Positions 1 through 8,845 are shown, counted from the first letter of the stretch. The stretch: DNA of 38,989 nucleotides from Burkholderiales bacterium (GCA_036263315.1 DATAHF010000187.1:1-38989), one strand, 5' to 3'. Program-made: numbers and translations. The notes: generated by a model not told the origin, from the sequence alone.

Positions 1-1
1 C

Positions 2-211
2 CGGAACAAGGACGGCTACCTCGATCGCAAGGAGCTCGCCGGCATGCGCCGGCACCTGACGGTCTTCGATCAGGCGGACGAGAACAAGGACGGCAAGCTC
101 GACCCGGCGGAATTCATCCAGGCCGAGGTGCTCGTCAGCGAAATGAGGCGCGGCGGCGCGAAGCCGATCCCGGCCGCCTCCGAGCCGATCAGGAAAGAGC
201 CGGCGGGCTAG
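2..211 (+). CDS. EF-hand calcium-binding protein, C-terminal fragment (5' end lies outside the window)
   Basis: Frame is open from the window edge to TAG 209-211. Translation RNKDGYLDRKELAGMRRHLTVFDQADENKDGKLDPAEFIQAE... contains two 12-residue DxNxDGxLxxxE EF-hand loops. Third codon positions are G/C-rich. Confidence 0.7.
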   Translation, partial: RNKDGYLDRKELAGMRRHLTVFDQADENKDGKLDPAEFIQAEVLVSEMRRGGAKPIPAASEPIRKEPAG

Positions 212-1162
212 CTATTCGATCTTCGCGCCGCAGCCGCGCAGCAGCCGCTCGATTTCCGGGCTCTCGGCGCGGATCTCGTCGGCGAAGGCCTCGGGCGAAG
301 CCGAGGGCAGGGCATCCATACCCTGCGCGGCGATCTTCGCTTTCACGTCCGGCTTGGAGAGTCCCTTCATCGCCGCCGCGTGCAGCCGCTTCACGATCGC
401 CTCCGGCGTTCCCGCCGGCACGTAAAGGCCGAACCAGAAGGTGGACTGGAAGCCCGGCACGCCGGCGGCGTCGCCGCCCGGAATGTTGGGAATCGAGGGC
501 GAGCCTTTGGCGACGCTCACGAGGAGCGGCTTCATGCGGCCCGCCTGGATGAAGCCCGTCACGGTGGGCGAAGTGGCGAACATCATCTGCGTATCGCCCG
601 CGAGGAGCGATTGCGCCGCCGGGCCGCCGCCCTTGAATTGCACGGAAGTGATCTTGATATCGGCCGCCTTCTCGAAGGCGCAGGCGGCCACGTGCGGGGC
701 CGAGCCAAAGCCCGCGGAAGCGTTAAAGAGCTTGCCGGGATTCGCCTTGGCGAAGGCGACGAGATCCTTCGCGCTCTGGAACTGCGACCCCGGCGGGACG
801 ACCAGGATGGTGGCGCCGTTCGCGACGCGCGAGACCGGGATGAAATCCTTGTCGCTATAGGAAAGCCCCTTGTACATCACGCGGTTGTACGCGTGGTTGC
901 CCTGGTTGAGGATGGTGTAGCCGTCGGGCGCGGACTTGGCGACGAATTCCGAGGCGATCGAGCCGCCGGCACCGGGCTTGTTCTCGACGACGAAAGTGAC
1001 GCCGAGCTCCTTGGAAAGCTCGTCGGCGATGATGCGTGTGGTGAAGTCGCCCGAGCCGCCCGGCGGGTAGCCGACGACGATTTTCGGGGGTTTCGAGGGG
1101 TAGGTTTGGGAAATTGCCTCGAAAGAGAAAACAATAAAGATCAAAAACCAGGATCGCATCAT
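212..1162 (-). CDS. Tripartite tricarboxylate transporter substrate-binding protein (Bug/TctC family), orphan
   Basis: Signal peptide MMRSWFLIFIVFSFEAIS followed by Bug-family signatures (KIVVGYPPGGSGD, ENKPGAGG, APDGYT, QFKGGGPA). Track ORF 212..1852 was trimmed to ATG 1162, which overlaps the upstream stop as ATGA (1159-1162). Confidence 0.9.
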   Translation of the reverse strand: MMRSWFLIFIVFSFEAISQTYPSKPPKIVVGYPPGGSGDFTTRIIADELSKELGVTFVVENKPGAGGSIASEFVAKSAPDGYTILNQGNHAYNRVMYKGLSYSDKDFIPVSRVANGATILVVPPGSQFQSAKDLVAFAKANPGKLFNASAGFGSAPHVAACAFEKAADIKITSVQFKGGGPAAQSLLAGDTQMMFATSPTVTGFIQAGRMKPLLVSVAKGSPSIPNIPGGDAAGVPGFQSTFWFGLYVPAGTPEAIVKRLHAAAMKGLSKPDVKAKIAAQGMDALPSASPEAFADEIRAESPEIERLLRGCGAKIE

Positions 1163-1941
1163 TTCCCCACGAATTTTGGCGTGCGTTTTTCCATGAAAGC
1201 TTTTCGGCCTTCCTTGTGGTCCTCGCTCGCGAAGCACGCCTCGACCATCTTCATCGCCTTGTTGAGGTCGCGCTCCTCGGGATCCTTCAGCGCCTGCTGC
1301 GCGGCGAACTTGGCCGCGGCCACGGTGAGGGGCGCGTTCTCGGCGATCAGCTTGCAGATTTCGGCCGTGGCGTTCTCCAGCTCGGCCACCGGCACCACCT
1401 TGCTCACGAAGCCCATGCGCAGGGCTTCTCTGGCGTCGAATTTCTTCGCGGTGAAGAAGATCTCCATCGTGTTGGCCGCGCCGAGCACGTTGATGAAGCG
1501 GCGCACGCCCGCCGGGCTGTAGCCCAGGCCGAGGCGCGCCGCGGGCATCCGGAAGATCGCGTCCTCGGCGCAGATGCGCAGGTCGCACGCGGCCGCGAAG
1601 CCCAGGCCGCCGCCGATGCAAATGCCGCGGATGCTGGCGAGCACGGGCTTGGTCGCCTTCATCGGCGCGAGGTAGCCCTGCTCGACCGCCCGGTTGTACT
1701 CGAACTGCGCCTCGACTGTGCCGCGCAGCTTCTCGAACTGCGAGATGTCGGCGCCGGAGATGAACGACTTCTCGCCGTCGCCCTTGCAGACGATGACGCG
1801 CACCTCGGGATTGGCGTCGAGCTCGGCGAAGGTCTTCGGCAAGGCCTGCCACATGTCGAAGGTCATCGCGTTCATCTTCGCGGGGTTGGAGAAGACGACG
1901 GTCGCGACACCGCCCTGGATCGATGTTTTGAGTTCTGCCAT
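1159..1941 (-). CDS. Enoyl-CoA hydratase/isomerase (crotonase superfamily)
   Basis: 260 aa with ATVVFSNPAKMNAM, FISGADI and an oxyanion-hole GICIGGGLGFAAACD. ATG start. Lies in one operon with the CoA-transferase upstream and the Bug gene downstream. Confidence 0.92.
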   Translation of the reverse strand: MAELKTSIQGGVATVVFSNPAKMNAMTFDMWQALPKTFAELDANPEVRVIVCKGDGEKSFISGADISQFEKLRGTVEAQFEYNRAVEQGYLAPMKATKPVLASIRGICIGGGLGFAAACDLRICAEDAIFRMPAARLGLGYSPAGVRRFINVLGAANTMEIFFTAKKFDAREALRMGFVSKVVPVAELENATAEICKLIAENAPLTVAAAKFAAQQALKDPEERDLNKAMKMVEACFASEDHKEGRKAFMEKRTPKFVGK

Positions 1942-1950
1942 GTGCTTTCT

Positions 1951-3132
1951 CTAGATGATTTTTCCGGAACGAAAAGTCTGGATCTCTTGATCTGAAAAAC
2001 CGATTTCCTTCAAAACCTCATCCGTATGCTCGCCGCGCTCGGGCGAGGCCGTCAGCAGCTTCGCCGGCGTGCGCGAGAGCTTGACCGGCTGGTTCACGAG
2101 CCGCAGCTTGCCGAGCCGCTTGCTGGTGACCTCGGCCGCGGCCTGCATGTGCTTCACTTGCGGGTCGTTGAACACCTGGTCCATGCGGTAAATCGGCCCG
2201 CTCGGCACGCCGGCTTCGTTCAGGATCTCGACCCATTCCGCGCTCGGCCTCTTCGCGAACTCCTTGTTGAGCTCGGCGTTGAGGGAATGGCGGTTCTTCG
2301 CGCGGCTCTCCGCCTTCTTGTAGTCGGGGTGCTCGAAAAGCTCGGGCCGGCCGATCGCCTTGCACACGCGCTCCCACATCTTCGTGCCGGCGGCGGCCAC
2401 GTTGATGTGCCCGTCGGCGGTCTTGTAGGCGGAGGTCGGCATGCTGGTGGGGTGGTCGTTGCCGACCTGCTCGGGGACTTCGCCCGACATCGTGTAGCGC
2501 GCAGCCTGGAAGTCGAGGAGCTGCAGCCCCGCCTGCAGGAGGCTCGACTGCACCCACTGGCCTTCGCCGGAGGTTTCGCGCTCGTAGAGCGCGGTGAGGA
2601 TGCCGAGCGCGGCGAGGAGGCCGCCGGTCACGTCGGCCACCGCGCAGCCGACCCGCATCGGGCCTTCGCCGGGCTTGCCCGTGACCGACATGATGCCGGA
2701 GAGCCCCTGCGCGATCTGGTCGAAGCCCGGGCGCATGCGGTACGGACCGTCCTGCCCGAAGCCCGAGATGCTCGCGAGGATCACGCGCTTGTTCACTTTC
2801 TTCAGCGACTCGTAGTCGATGCCGAGGCGGTCCTTCACGTCGGGGCGGAAGTTCTCCACCACGACGTCGGCCGTCTTCACGAGGCGCAGGAAGATGTCCT
2901 TGCCCTGAGGCGACTTGAGATCCAGGGTCATCGAGCGCTTGTTGCGGTGCAGGTTCTGGAAATCCGGCCCTTCGCGCGGGCCGCCCATGTCCTCGGGCTG
3001 CGTGTTCTCGATCTTGATCACGTCGGCGCCGAAATCGGCGAGCTGGCGCACGCAGCTCGGGCCGGCGCGCACGCGGGTGAGGTCGAGCACGCGCAGCTTC
3101 GAGAGGGCGGGGGAGGCGGTGATCTTCGGCAT
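1951..3132 (-). CDS. Family III CoA-transferase (CaiB/BaiF family)
   Basis: 393 aa. The N-terminus LRVLDLTRVRAGPSCVRQLADFGADVIKIE is typical of the family. Stop lies 9 nt upstream of the crotonase start. Confidence 0.92.
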   Translation of the reverse strand: MPKITASPALSKLRVLDLTRVRAGPSCVRQLADFGADVIKIENTQPEDMGGPREGPDFQNLHRNKRSMTLDLKSPQGKDIFLRLVKTADVVVENFRPDVKDRLGIDYESLKKVNKRVILASISGFGQDGPYRMRPGFDQIAQGLSGIMSVTGKPGEGPMRVGCAVADVTGGLLAALGILTALYERETSGEGQWVQSSLLQAGLQLLDFQAARYTMSGEVPEQVGNDHPTSMPTSAYKTADGHINVAAAGTKMWERVCKAIGRPELFEHPDYKKAESRAKNRHSLNAELNKEFAKRPSAEWVEILNEAGVPSGPIYRMDQVFNDPQVKHMQAAAEVTSKRLGKLRLVNQPVKLSRTPAKLLTASPERGEHTDEVLKEIGFSDQEIQTFRSGKII

Positions 3133-3156
3133 GGGGCGCTATTGTAGGATGCACGC

Positions 3157-4131
3157 ATGAAATCCTGGTGGATCGGCAGCGGAACAGGCGGCGGCACGGC
3201 GCTCGAGCAGCGCGAGGTGCCCGAGCCCAGCCCCAAGGCGGGCGAAGTGCTCGTCAAGGTGCGCGCCGCGGGACTCAATCGCGGCGAATTCATCGGCGGC
3301 CACGGGCTCGCCTCGGCGAGCGCGAAGCCGGGCGGCATCGAATGCGCGGGCGAGGTTGCCGGCGTGGGCGAGGGCGTGAAAGGGGTCGCCGTCGGGACCC
3401 GCGTCATGGGCCGCGCTTCGGGCGCCTATGCCGAATACGCGCTCATGCGCGCGGGCGACGCGATCCTCGTGCCCGAGCGCCTTTCCTGGGAGGAGGCGGG
3501 CGCCGCGACGATCGCCTATCTCACCGCCTACGACATGCTCTGGCCGGGCGGCGAGCTGAAAGCGGGCGAGTGGCTGCTCGTCGCCGGCGTCTCCGCAGGC
3601 GTGGGCGTCGCCTCGCTGCAGCTAGGCAAGCTGATCGGCGCGAAGGTGGCGGGCACCTCCGGGTCGGCCGACAAGCTTGCGAAGCTGAAGTCCCTCGGCT
3701 TGGATCTCGCTTTGCAGCACCGCAATGGAGGGTTTTCTCAAAAGATGCTGGAAGCGACCGGCAACCGCGGCGTGGACCTGGTCGTCAACAACGTCGGCGG
3801 CACCGTGTTCGCCGAATGCGTCAAGGTCCTCGCGTACAAGGGGCGTCTCGCGACGGTGGGCTACGTCGACGGCGTGGTGCACGCCGACTTCGACCTGGCC
3901 GCGGTGCACGCCCGCCGGCTCAGGATCTTCGGCGTATCCAACAAGATGCGCAGCGGCGCGGAGATCGCCGAGAGCGTGCGCGGCTACGTGCGCGACGTGC
4001 TGCCGGCGATCGCCTCGGGCACCCTGAAGCCCGTGATCGACAAGGTCTTTCCCTTCGCCGACCTTCCTGCCGCCAAGGCGCACATGGAAGCCGCCGGGCA
4101 TCTCGGCAAGATCGTAGTCAGGCTCTCCTAG
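3157..4131 (+). CDS. NADPH:quinone oxidoreductase / zinc-type alcohol dehydrogenase-like protein (MDR superfamily)
   Basis: 324 aa with GEVLVKVRAAGLNRGE, a Rossmann segment LVAGVSAGVGVASLQLGKLIGAKV and C-terminal GHLGKIVV. Divergent from the CoA-transferase across a 24-bp gap. Confidence 0.9.
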   Translation: MKSWWIGSGTGGGTALEQREVPEPSPKAGEVLVKVRAAGLNRGEFIGGHGLASASAKPGGIECAGEVAGVGEGVKGVAVGTRVMGRASGAYAEYALMRAGDAILVPERLSWEEAGAATIAYLTAYDMLWPGGELKAGEWLLVAGVSAGVGVASLQLGKLIGAKVAGTSGSADKLAKLKSLGLDLALQHRNGGFSQKMLEATGNRGVDLVVNNVGGTVFAECVKVLAYKGRLATVGYVDGVVHADFDLAAVHARRLRIFGVSNKMRSGAEIAESVRGYVRDVLPAIASGTLKPVIDKVFPFADLPAAKAHMEAAGHLGKIVVRLS

Positions 4132-4169
4132 TCCGGGAATTGATCCGGCGCGCGGCGGTCAGAGCACCC

Positions 4170-4859
4170 GTGTCGCGGCGCGCGCGGCTCCTCCTCGGGG
4201 CCATTCTTGTCATCGGGGCGCTCGCGGCGGCGTGGCGCTGGACGCCGCTCGCCGACTACCTGAGCGCCGAGCACATCGTCGGCTGGGCGCGGGCGCTGCG
4301 GCGCAATCCCTGGGCGCCCGCGCTGCTCGTCCTTGCCTACACGCCGGGCACGATGCTCATGTTCCCGACGCCGGTGCTCACGCTCTTCGCCGTCATCGCC
4401 TTCGGCGCCTGGCCGGGGGCCGGCTACGCGCTCGCCGGCATCATGCTCTCGGCCTGCGTCCTGTACGCGATCGGCCGCTTCGTGCGCTACGAAAAAGTGC
4501 GGCGCTTCGCGAGCCGCGGCGTCGAGGCCGCGCGCGACCTCGCGCACGAGCACGGCATCCTCGCCATCGTGGCGGCGAACTTCATGCCGGTGCCGCCCTT
4601 CGGCGTGCAGTGCTTCATCGCGGGCGCGGTGCGCATGAAGTTCTGGGAATTCGCGCTCGGCAACCTGATCTCGCGCGGCCCCGGCGTGATCGTGGCGGCG
4701 ATCTTCACGCGCGAGCTGCTCGCCGCGCTGGACGACGACTCGGGCGTCAACTACTGGCTGCTCGTTCCCGCCGGCATCGTCTTCGTCGCGCTCGCGGTCT
4801 TCGGGCGGCGCTGGGCGAAGCGCCGCGAGGCGCGGCTTGGCCGGAAGAAGCGGAAGTAG
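4170..4859 (+). CDS. TVP38/TMEM64 (DedA-related, VTT domain) membrane protein
   Basis: The distal part of track ORF 3168..4859 encodes multi-TM sequence (LVLAYTPGTMLMFPTPVLTLFAVIAFG, ANFMPVPPFGVQCFIAGA). There is no in-frame ATG before the first TM helix. Candidate starts are GTG 4170 (chosen) and TTG 4140. Confidence 0.75.
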   Translation: MSRRARLLLGAILVIGALAAAWRWTPLADYLSAEHIVGWARALRRNPWAPALLVLAYTPGTMLMFPTPVLTLFAVIAFGAWPGAGYALAGIMLSACVLYAIGRFVRYEKVRRFASRGVEAARDLAHEHGILAIVAANFMPVPPFGVQCFIAGAVRMKFWEFALGNLISRGPGVIVAAIFTRELLAALDDDSGVNYWLLVPAGIVFVALAVFGRRWAKRREARLGRKKRK

Positions 4860-4865
4860 CGCGCT

Positions 4866-6212
4866 TCAGGCGGCTTTCGCCGCGCGCAGCTTCTGCCGGA
4901 CGAGGCCGATGTGGGTGCGCAGCCGATAGAGCTCGTCGGTGTAGGCGAGCGGCACCATGATGCCCTCGGCGCGGGCCTCGAGCTTCTCCAGCTGGCCGAG
5001 CAGCTCCTCGGGCGGCGTCGACTTTTCCGCGAGGTCGTTCTCGATCTGGCGCAGGTTGCGGTACCAGCGGAAGATGCGCGAGCGGATGCGGAAGTTGTAG
5101 AGCGGCGGCAGGATGCGCGCGAGCGGGATCAGCACCGCCACGATCGAGAAGAGCGCCACCCACATGCGGTCGACCAGGTTGGCGAGCCAGAACGGCAGGT
5201 AGCGCTGCAGCAGCGGCGGGCCCGTGCGGTAGTAGCGCTCAGCGTCGCGCGCGAGCGGAAACTCGGTGTTGAGCGGGGTGGGGAATTTGCCGGGCGGCGA
5301 GACCCAGCTCCCCTGGCTGTGGATACGGCTCGCGGCCTGGACGAAGAGCTGGACGAGCGCCGGATGCAGATCCTCGCGCGCCACCAGCTGGGCGGTCGAG
5401 GCGACGAGCTGGATGTCGCGCGGCGGCACGTTGCGCGAGAGATCGACCACGCCGCGCGCCACCGTCACGGGAGAGAGGAAGGCGTAGCGGCGCGAATAGG
5501 CCTCGGCCTGCTTGAACTCGAACAGGCGCACGTTCGGCGTCTGGATGAGCATCTGCACGAGCGGCGACTCGGGCGCCGAGACCATGGCGAGCGCATCGAG
5601 CTCGTTGTTGAGCAGCGCGATCACCGCCGGCACGAGGTCGAGGTTCTTGCGCTGGATATCGTCCCGGTTCATGAGGTTCGCCGCGAGGAGGCGGCTCACG
5701 ACGCCCGGGATGCCGCTGCCGCGCGGGCCGACGTTCACGTTCATGCCGCGAAAGTCGGCGATCTCGGAAAGTACCCGCTCGGGCGCCTTTTTCGCGACGT
5801 CGGCGCGATAGAAGAGCCATACCGGCTCGAAGAACATGCTGCCCAGGGACATGAGCGGCAGCGACTCGTCCGGCGCCGGCTGCCGGCCGATCTCGGTCGA
5901 GCCGCCCTGGACGAACGCGATTTGCACGTCCTCCTTCGGGTCGCGCAGCAGGCGCAGGTTCTCGCGCGAGCCGTTGGTCTGGCGCACGATCACCTCGATG
6001 CCGTAGCGCTTGAGCTCCTCGCGGTAGCGTCCGCCGAAGGTCGAGTAGGCGCCCTGCTCGGAGCCGGTCGCGAGCACCACGCGCTTGGGCGGCGTGGGCT
6101 TGAGGAAGAAATAGGCGCCGACCAGCAGGGCGATCGTCAGGAGGATGAAAGGTCCCGCCGTGGCGGTGAGCTCGCGGGCCGAGATGAGCGTGTCGCGGAT
6201 GGTGCGGCGCAT
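4866..6212 (-). CDS. Membrane-anchored TAXI-family (TRAP-type) solute-binding domain protein
   Basis: TAXI-like motifs VVLATGSEQGAYSTFGGRY and NVGPRGSGIPG are flanked by two TM helices, followed by a charged helical tail. ATG 6212 (MRRTIRD...) is preferred over the TTG at 6221 used by the track. Confidence 0.8.
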   Translation of the reverse strand: MRRTIRDTLISARELTATAGPFILLTIALLVGAYFFLKPTPPKRVVLATGSEQGAYSTFGGRYREELKRYGIEVIVRQTNGSRENLRLLRDPKEDVQIAFVQGGSTEIGRQPAPDESLPLMSLGSMFFEPVWLFYRADVAKKAPERVLSEIADFRGMNVNVGPRGSGIPGVVSRLLAANLMNRDDIQRKNLDLVPAVIALLNNELDALAMVSAPESPLVQMLIQTPNVRLFEFKQAEAYSRRYAFLSPVTVARGVVDLSRNVPPRDIQLVASTAQLVAREDLHPALVQLFVQAASRIHSQGSWVSPPGKFPTPLNTEFPLARDAERYYRTGPPLLQRYLPFWLANLVDRMWVALFSIVAVLIPLARILPPLYNFRIRSRIFRWYRNLRQIENDLAEKSTPPEELLGQLEKLEARAEGIMVPLAYTDELYRLRTHIGLVRQKLRAAKAA

Positions 6213-6302
6213 CGCCGGCAACTATAACGCGCGAGTGGAACGGCGATTGCGCCCTTCACGAAAGCGGGTCTAAGCTTCTCCGCTCAAGGAGGAGCTAACC
6301 CC

Positions 6303-7568
6303 ATGAAACGCACCCTGATTGCCCTGGCGCTGGCCGGCTTCGGCTGCGGCATGCTGACCGCCACGGCGCAGCAGAAGGACGCCGCCAAGCCCGCCCCGAA
6401 GGCCGCCGCCCCGGCGCCGAAAGCCGAAGCGAAGAAGGAAGAGGAGCCGTTTTGGGCGGTCGGGCGCCCAAAAGGCGACGCGACTGCGAAGATGGCGCCC
6501 GTGCCGGCGCTGCCGATTGCCACCGCGGCCGACCAGCTGCCGGTGAAAAAGATCAAGCTGCCGCCGGGCTTCAAGGTCGAGGTCTACCAGGCGGGCGTGC
6601 TGGACGCGCGCGGCATGCGCGAGGGCGACAAGGGCACGGTCTTCGTCTCCTCGCTCTTCGTCGCGGGCAAGATCTACGCGATCACGAACAAGGGCGGCAA
6701 GCGCGAGCTGAAGACGATCGCCGAGAAGCTCTTCCTGCCGAACGGGATCGAGTTCTACAAGGGCGCGCTCTACGTCGCCACGCCGAAGGACATCACCCGC
6801 TACGACGGCATCGAGGACAAGCTCGACAGCCCGCCCAAGCCGGTCATGGTTTACGACAAGCTGCCCGGCGAAGTGCCGCACGGCTGGAAGTTCATCAAGA
6901 TGGGGCCTGACCACAAGCTCTACGTGCCGATCGGCGCGCCGTGCAACATCTGCGAGCCCGACGTGAGCAAGGGCTTCACCACCATCATCCGCATGAACCC
7001 GGACGGCTCGGGCGTGGAGACGGTGCTGAAGGGCATGCGCAACACCGTCGGCTTCGACTGGCACCCGAAGACGAAGGAGCTCTGGTTCGGCGACAACCAG
7101 CGCGACTGGCTCGCCGAGGACATGCCGCTCGACGAGGTCAACCGCGTGACCAAGACCGGGCAGGACTTCGGCTTCCCCTACTGCCACTCCGGGATCATGG
7201 CCGATCCCCAGTTCGGCTGGGGCAAGGACTGCAAGACCTCGGTCAAGCCCGTGCTCACGATCGGGCCGCACGCGGCGCCGCTCGGCATGCGCTTCTACAG
7301 CGGCAAGATGTTCCCGAAGAAGTACCAGAACGCGATCTTCCTCACGCGCCACGGGCCCTGGAACAAGACCCAGAAATACGCGGCCGACGTGGTGGCGATC
7401 CTGATCGACGCCAAGGGCAACGCGAAGATGGAGCCGTTCATGACCGGGCTGGTGGAGAACAACAGCTACCTCGGGCGGCCGGCCGACGTGCTCGTGCTGA
7501 AGGACGGATCGATGCTGGTATCGGATGACCACAACGGGGCGATCTATCGCATCACGTACGGAAAGTGA
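6303..7568 (+). CDS. PQQ-dependent sugar (sorbosone/glucose-type) dehydrogenase, periplasmic beta-propeller
   Basis: Signal peptide MKRTLIALALAGFGCGML, an Ala/Pro/Lys linker, then soluble-sugar-dehydrogenase-like segments (PNGIEFYKGALYVA, HGWKFIKMGPDHKLYVPIGAPCN, RNTVGFDWHP, FGFPYCH, GRPADV..DGSMLVSDD). Strong SD AAGGAGGAG lies upstream. Confidence 0.88.
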   Translation: MKRTLIALALAGFGCGMLTATAQQKDAAKPAPKAAAPAPKAEAKKEEEPFWAVGRPKGDATAKMAPVPALPIATAADQLPVKKIKLPPGFKVEVYQAGVLDARGMREGDKGTVFVSSLFVAGKIYAITNKGGKRELKTIAEKLFLPNGIEFYKGALYVATPKDITRYDGIEDKLDSPPKPVMVYDKLPGEVPHGWKFIKMGPDHKLYVPIGAPCNICEPDVSKGFTTIIRMNPDGSGVETVLKGMRNTVGFDWHPKTKELWFGDNQRDWLAEDMPLDEVNRVTKTGQDFGFPYCHSGIMADPQFGWGKDCKTSVKPVLTIGPHAAPLGMRFYSGKMFPKKYQNAIFLTRHGPWNKTQKYAADVVAILIDAKGNAKMEPFMTGLVENNSYLGRPADVLVLKDGSMLVSDDHNGAIYRITYGK

Positions 7569-7569
7569 C

Positions 7570-8145
7570 TTGAGGGTTCTGTTTTGCGCCGTTGTTTTTC
7601 TTTTCTCTTCAGAAAGTTTTTCTGCAGAAAAAGACAGCAAGGCAGAACCCTGCTTCACCTGCCACGGTAACTCCGGCACGTCGCAAACGGCGCTGACCCC
7701 GTCGCTCGGCGGCCAGCCGTCGTTCTTCGTCATCGCGCAGCTCTTTCTCTTTCGCGAGGCGCGCCGCAACAAGTCGGGCACGCCGATGGACGCGATGGCG
7801 AAGCCGCTCAAAGACGACGACCTGCGCTCGCTCGCCGCGCTCTTTTCGAAGCAGCCGCCGCCCCAGCCGCCGGCCCGGGGGCGCGACGAGGCGAAGTACG
7901 CGCGCGGCAAGGCGCTCCTCGCCAAGCGCAATTGCGCCGTCTGCCATAACCCCGATTTTTCGGGACGCGACCAGATGCCGCGCCTCGCGGCCCAGCGCGA
8001 GGATTACCTCCTCAAGGCCATGCGCGACTACCAGAAGGGCGAGCGCATCGGCTACGGCAGCGCCACCATGCCCGAGGAGCTCGCGGGTCTTGGCGACGCC
8101 GACCTTGTCGACATCGCGCACTACTTGGCCCACGGCGCGCGCTGA
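7570..8145 (+). CDS. Dihaem c-type cytochrome (cytochrome c4-like), probable electron acceptor of the adjacent dehydrogenase
   Basis: Two CXXCH haem motifs (CFTCH, CAVCH). TTG 7570, 2 nt after the dehydrogenase stop, gives a clean signal peptide (M)RVLFCAVVFLFSSESFSA. The alternative ATG 7525 would overlap the upstream gene by 44 nt. Confidence 0.8.
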   Translation: MRVLFCAVVFLFSSESFSAEKDSKAEPCFTCHGNSGTSQTALTPSLGGQPSFFVIAQLFLFREARRNKSGTPMDAMAKPLKDDDLRSLAALFSKQPPPQPPARGRDEAKYARGKALLAKRNCAVCHNPDFSGRDQMPRLAAQREDYLLKAMRDYQKGERIGYGSATMPEELAGLGDADLVDIAHYLAHGAR

Positions 8146-8315
8146 CCCTGTAGTGCCAAACACTTAAGGTCGCCCGGGGGCGACGAACCGTCCTGCGCGC
8201 CACGCGATGGGCGCGCGCCGCTGTCTCGGCATCTTTCTCTTTTGCAAGGAAGTCCTCGCCGCAGGCACGCATCCTGCGGAGAGGTCTGCGTTAGTCAACT
8301 TCCGGAGGAATTGAA

Positions 8316-8804
8316 ATGAAAGTCGTAATGAAAGCTGTCATCGCCTTCTCGACACTGGCGCTCGCCACCGCTGGCGCCTTCGCGCAGACCTCGACGGACA
8401 AGGACAAGACGCCCTCCACCTCGGGCTCGAGCTCCTCGTCTTCGAGCACTGGCGTGAACCCGAAGTCCGGCCCGAGCCCCAACCCCAAGCAGGCGGGTGG
8501 AACGCAAGGCCCGGCGACCTCGTCGCCGTCGGCGTCGTCCTCGTCGTCCGACACGTCCAACAGCTCGACCAGCAGCACCGCGGCCGCCCCGTCGGCCTCG
8601 AGCAGCTCGAGCGGGGGCGCGAGCGTGACGCTCAAGTCGCTTGATACGAACAAGGACGGCTCTGTGAGCAAGTCGGAAGCCGAGGCGGCGCCCGATGTCG
8701 CCAAGGAGTTCAGCAAGCTCGACAAGAACCACGACGGCAAGCTCGACGAGACGGAGTTCTCGAAGCACAGCTCGTCTTCCTCGATGTCGTCCTCGAAGAA
8801 GTAA
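8316..8804 (+). CDS. Secreted serine-rich protein with a C-terminal EF-hand pair
   Basis: GGAGGA SD 6 nt before ATG. Signal peptide MKVVMKAVIAFSTLALATAGAFA is followed by ~80 aa of Ser/Thr/Pro low complexity, then canonical loops DTNKDGSVSKSE and DKNHDGKLDETE. Confidence 0.75.
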   Translation: MKVVMKAVIAFSTLALATAGAFAQTSTDKDKTPSTSGSSSSSSSTGVNPKSGPSPNPKQAGGTQGPATSSPSASSSSSDTSNSSTSSTAAAPSASSSSSGGASVTLKSLDTNKDGSVSKSEAEAAPDVAKEFSKLDKNHDGKLDETEFSKHSSSSSMSSSKK

Positions 8805-8817
8805 CGCAACCGCTAGA

Positions 8818-8845
8818 ATCCGGGTGGTCCTCGGACCGCCCGGAT
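8818..8845 (+). promoter_or_regulatory. 13-bp stem-loop spanning the arfB start codon (also a possible terminator for the upstream gene)
   Basis: ATCCGGGTGGTCC-TC-GGACCGCCCGGAT with one G.U pair. The A and T of the arfB ATG (8844) lie in the 3' arm. Confidence 0.4.

Noticed and set aside
6270-7931. 553-aa minus-strand ORF covering the sugar dehydrogenase and cytochrome genes
   Set aside because: It is antisense to two ORFs with clear family signatures. Its translation is Arg/Ala/Gly/Leu-rich low-complexity sequence typical of shadow ORFs in GC-rich DNA, with no signal peptide, motifs or RBS.
8291-8809. 172-aa antisense ORF mirroring the serine-rich EF-hand gene
   Set aside because: Ser-codon repeats (AGC/TCG) stay open on the opposite strand. 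Only the plus frame has a GGAGGA RBS, a signal peptide and canonical EF-hand loops.
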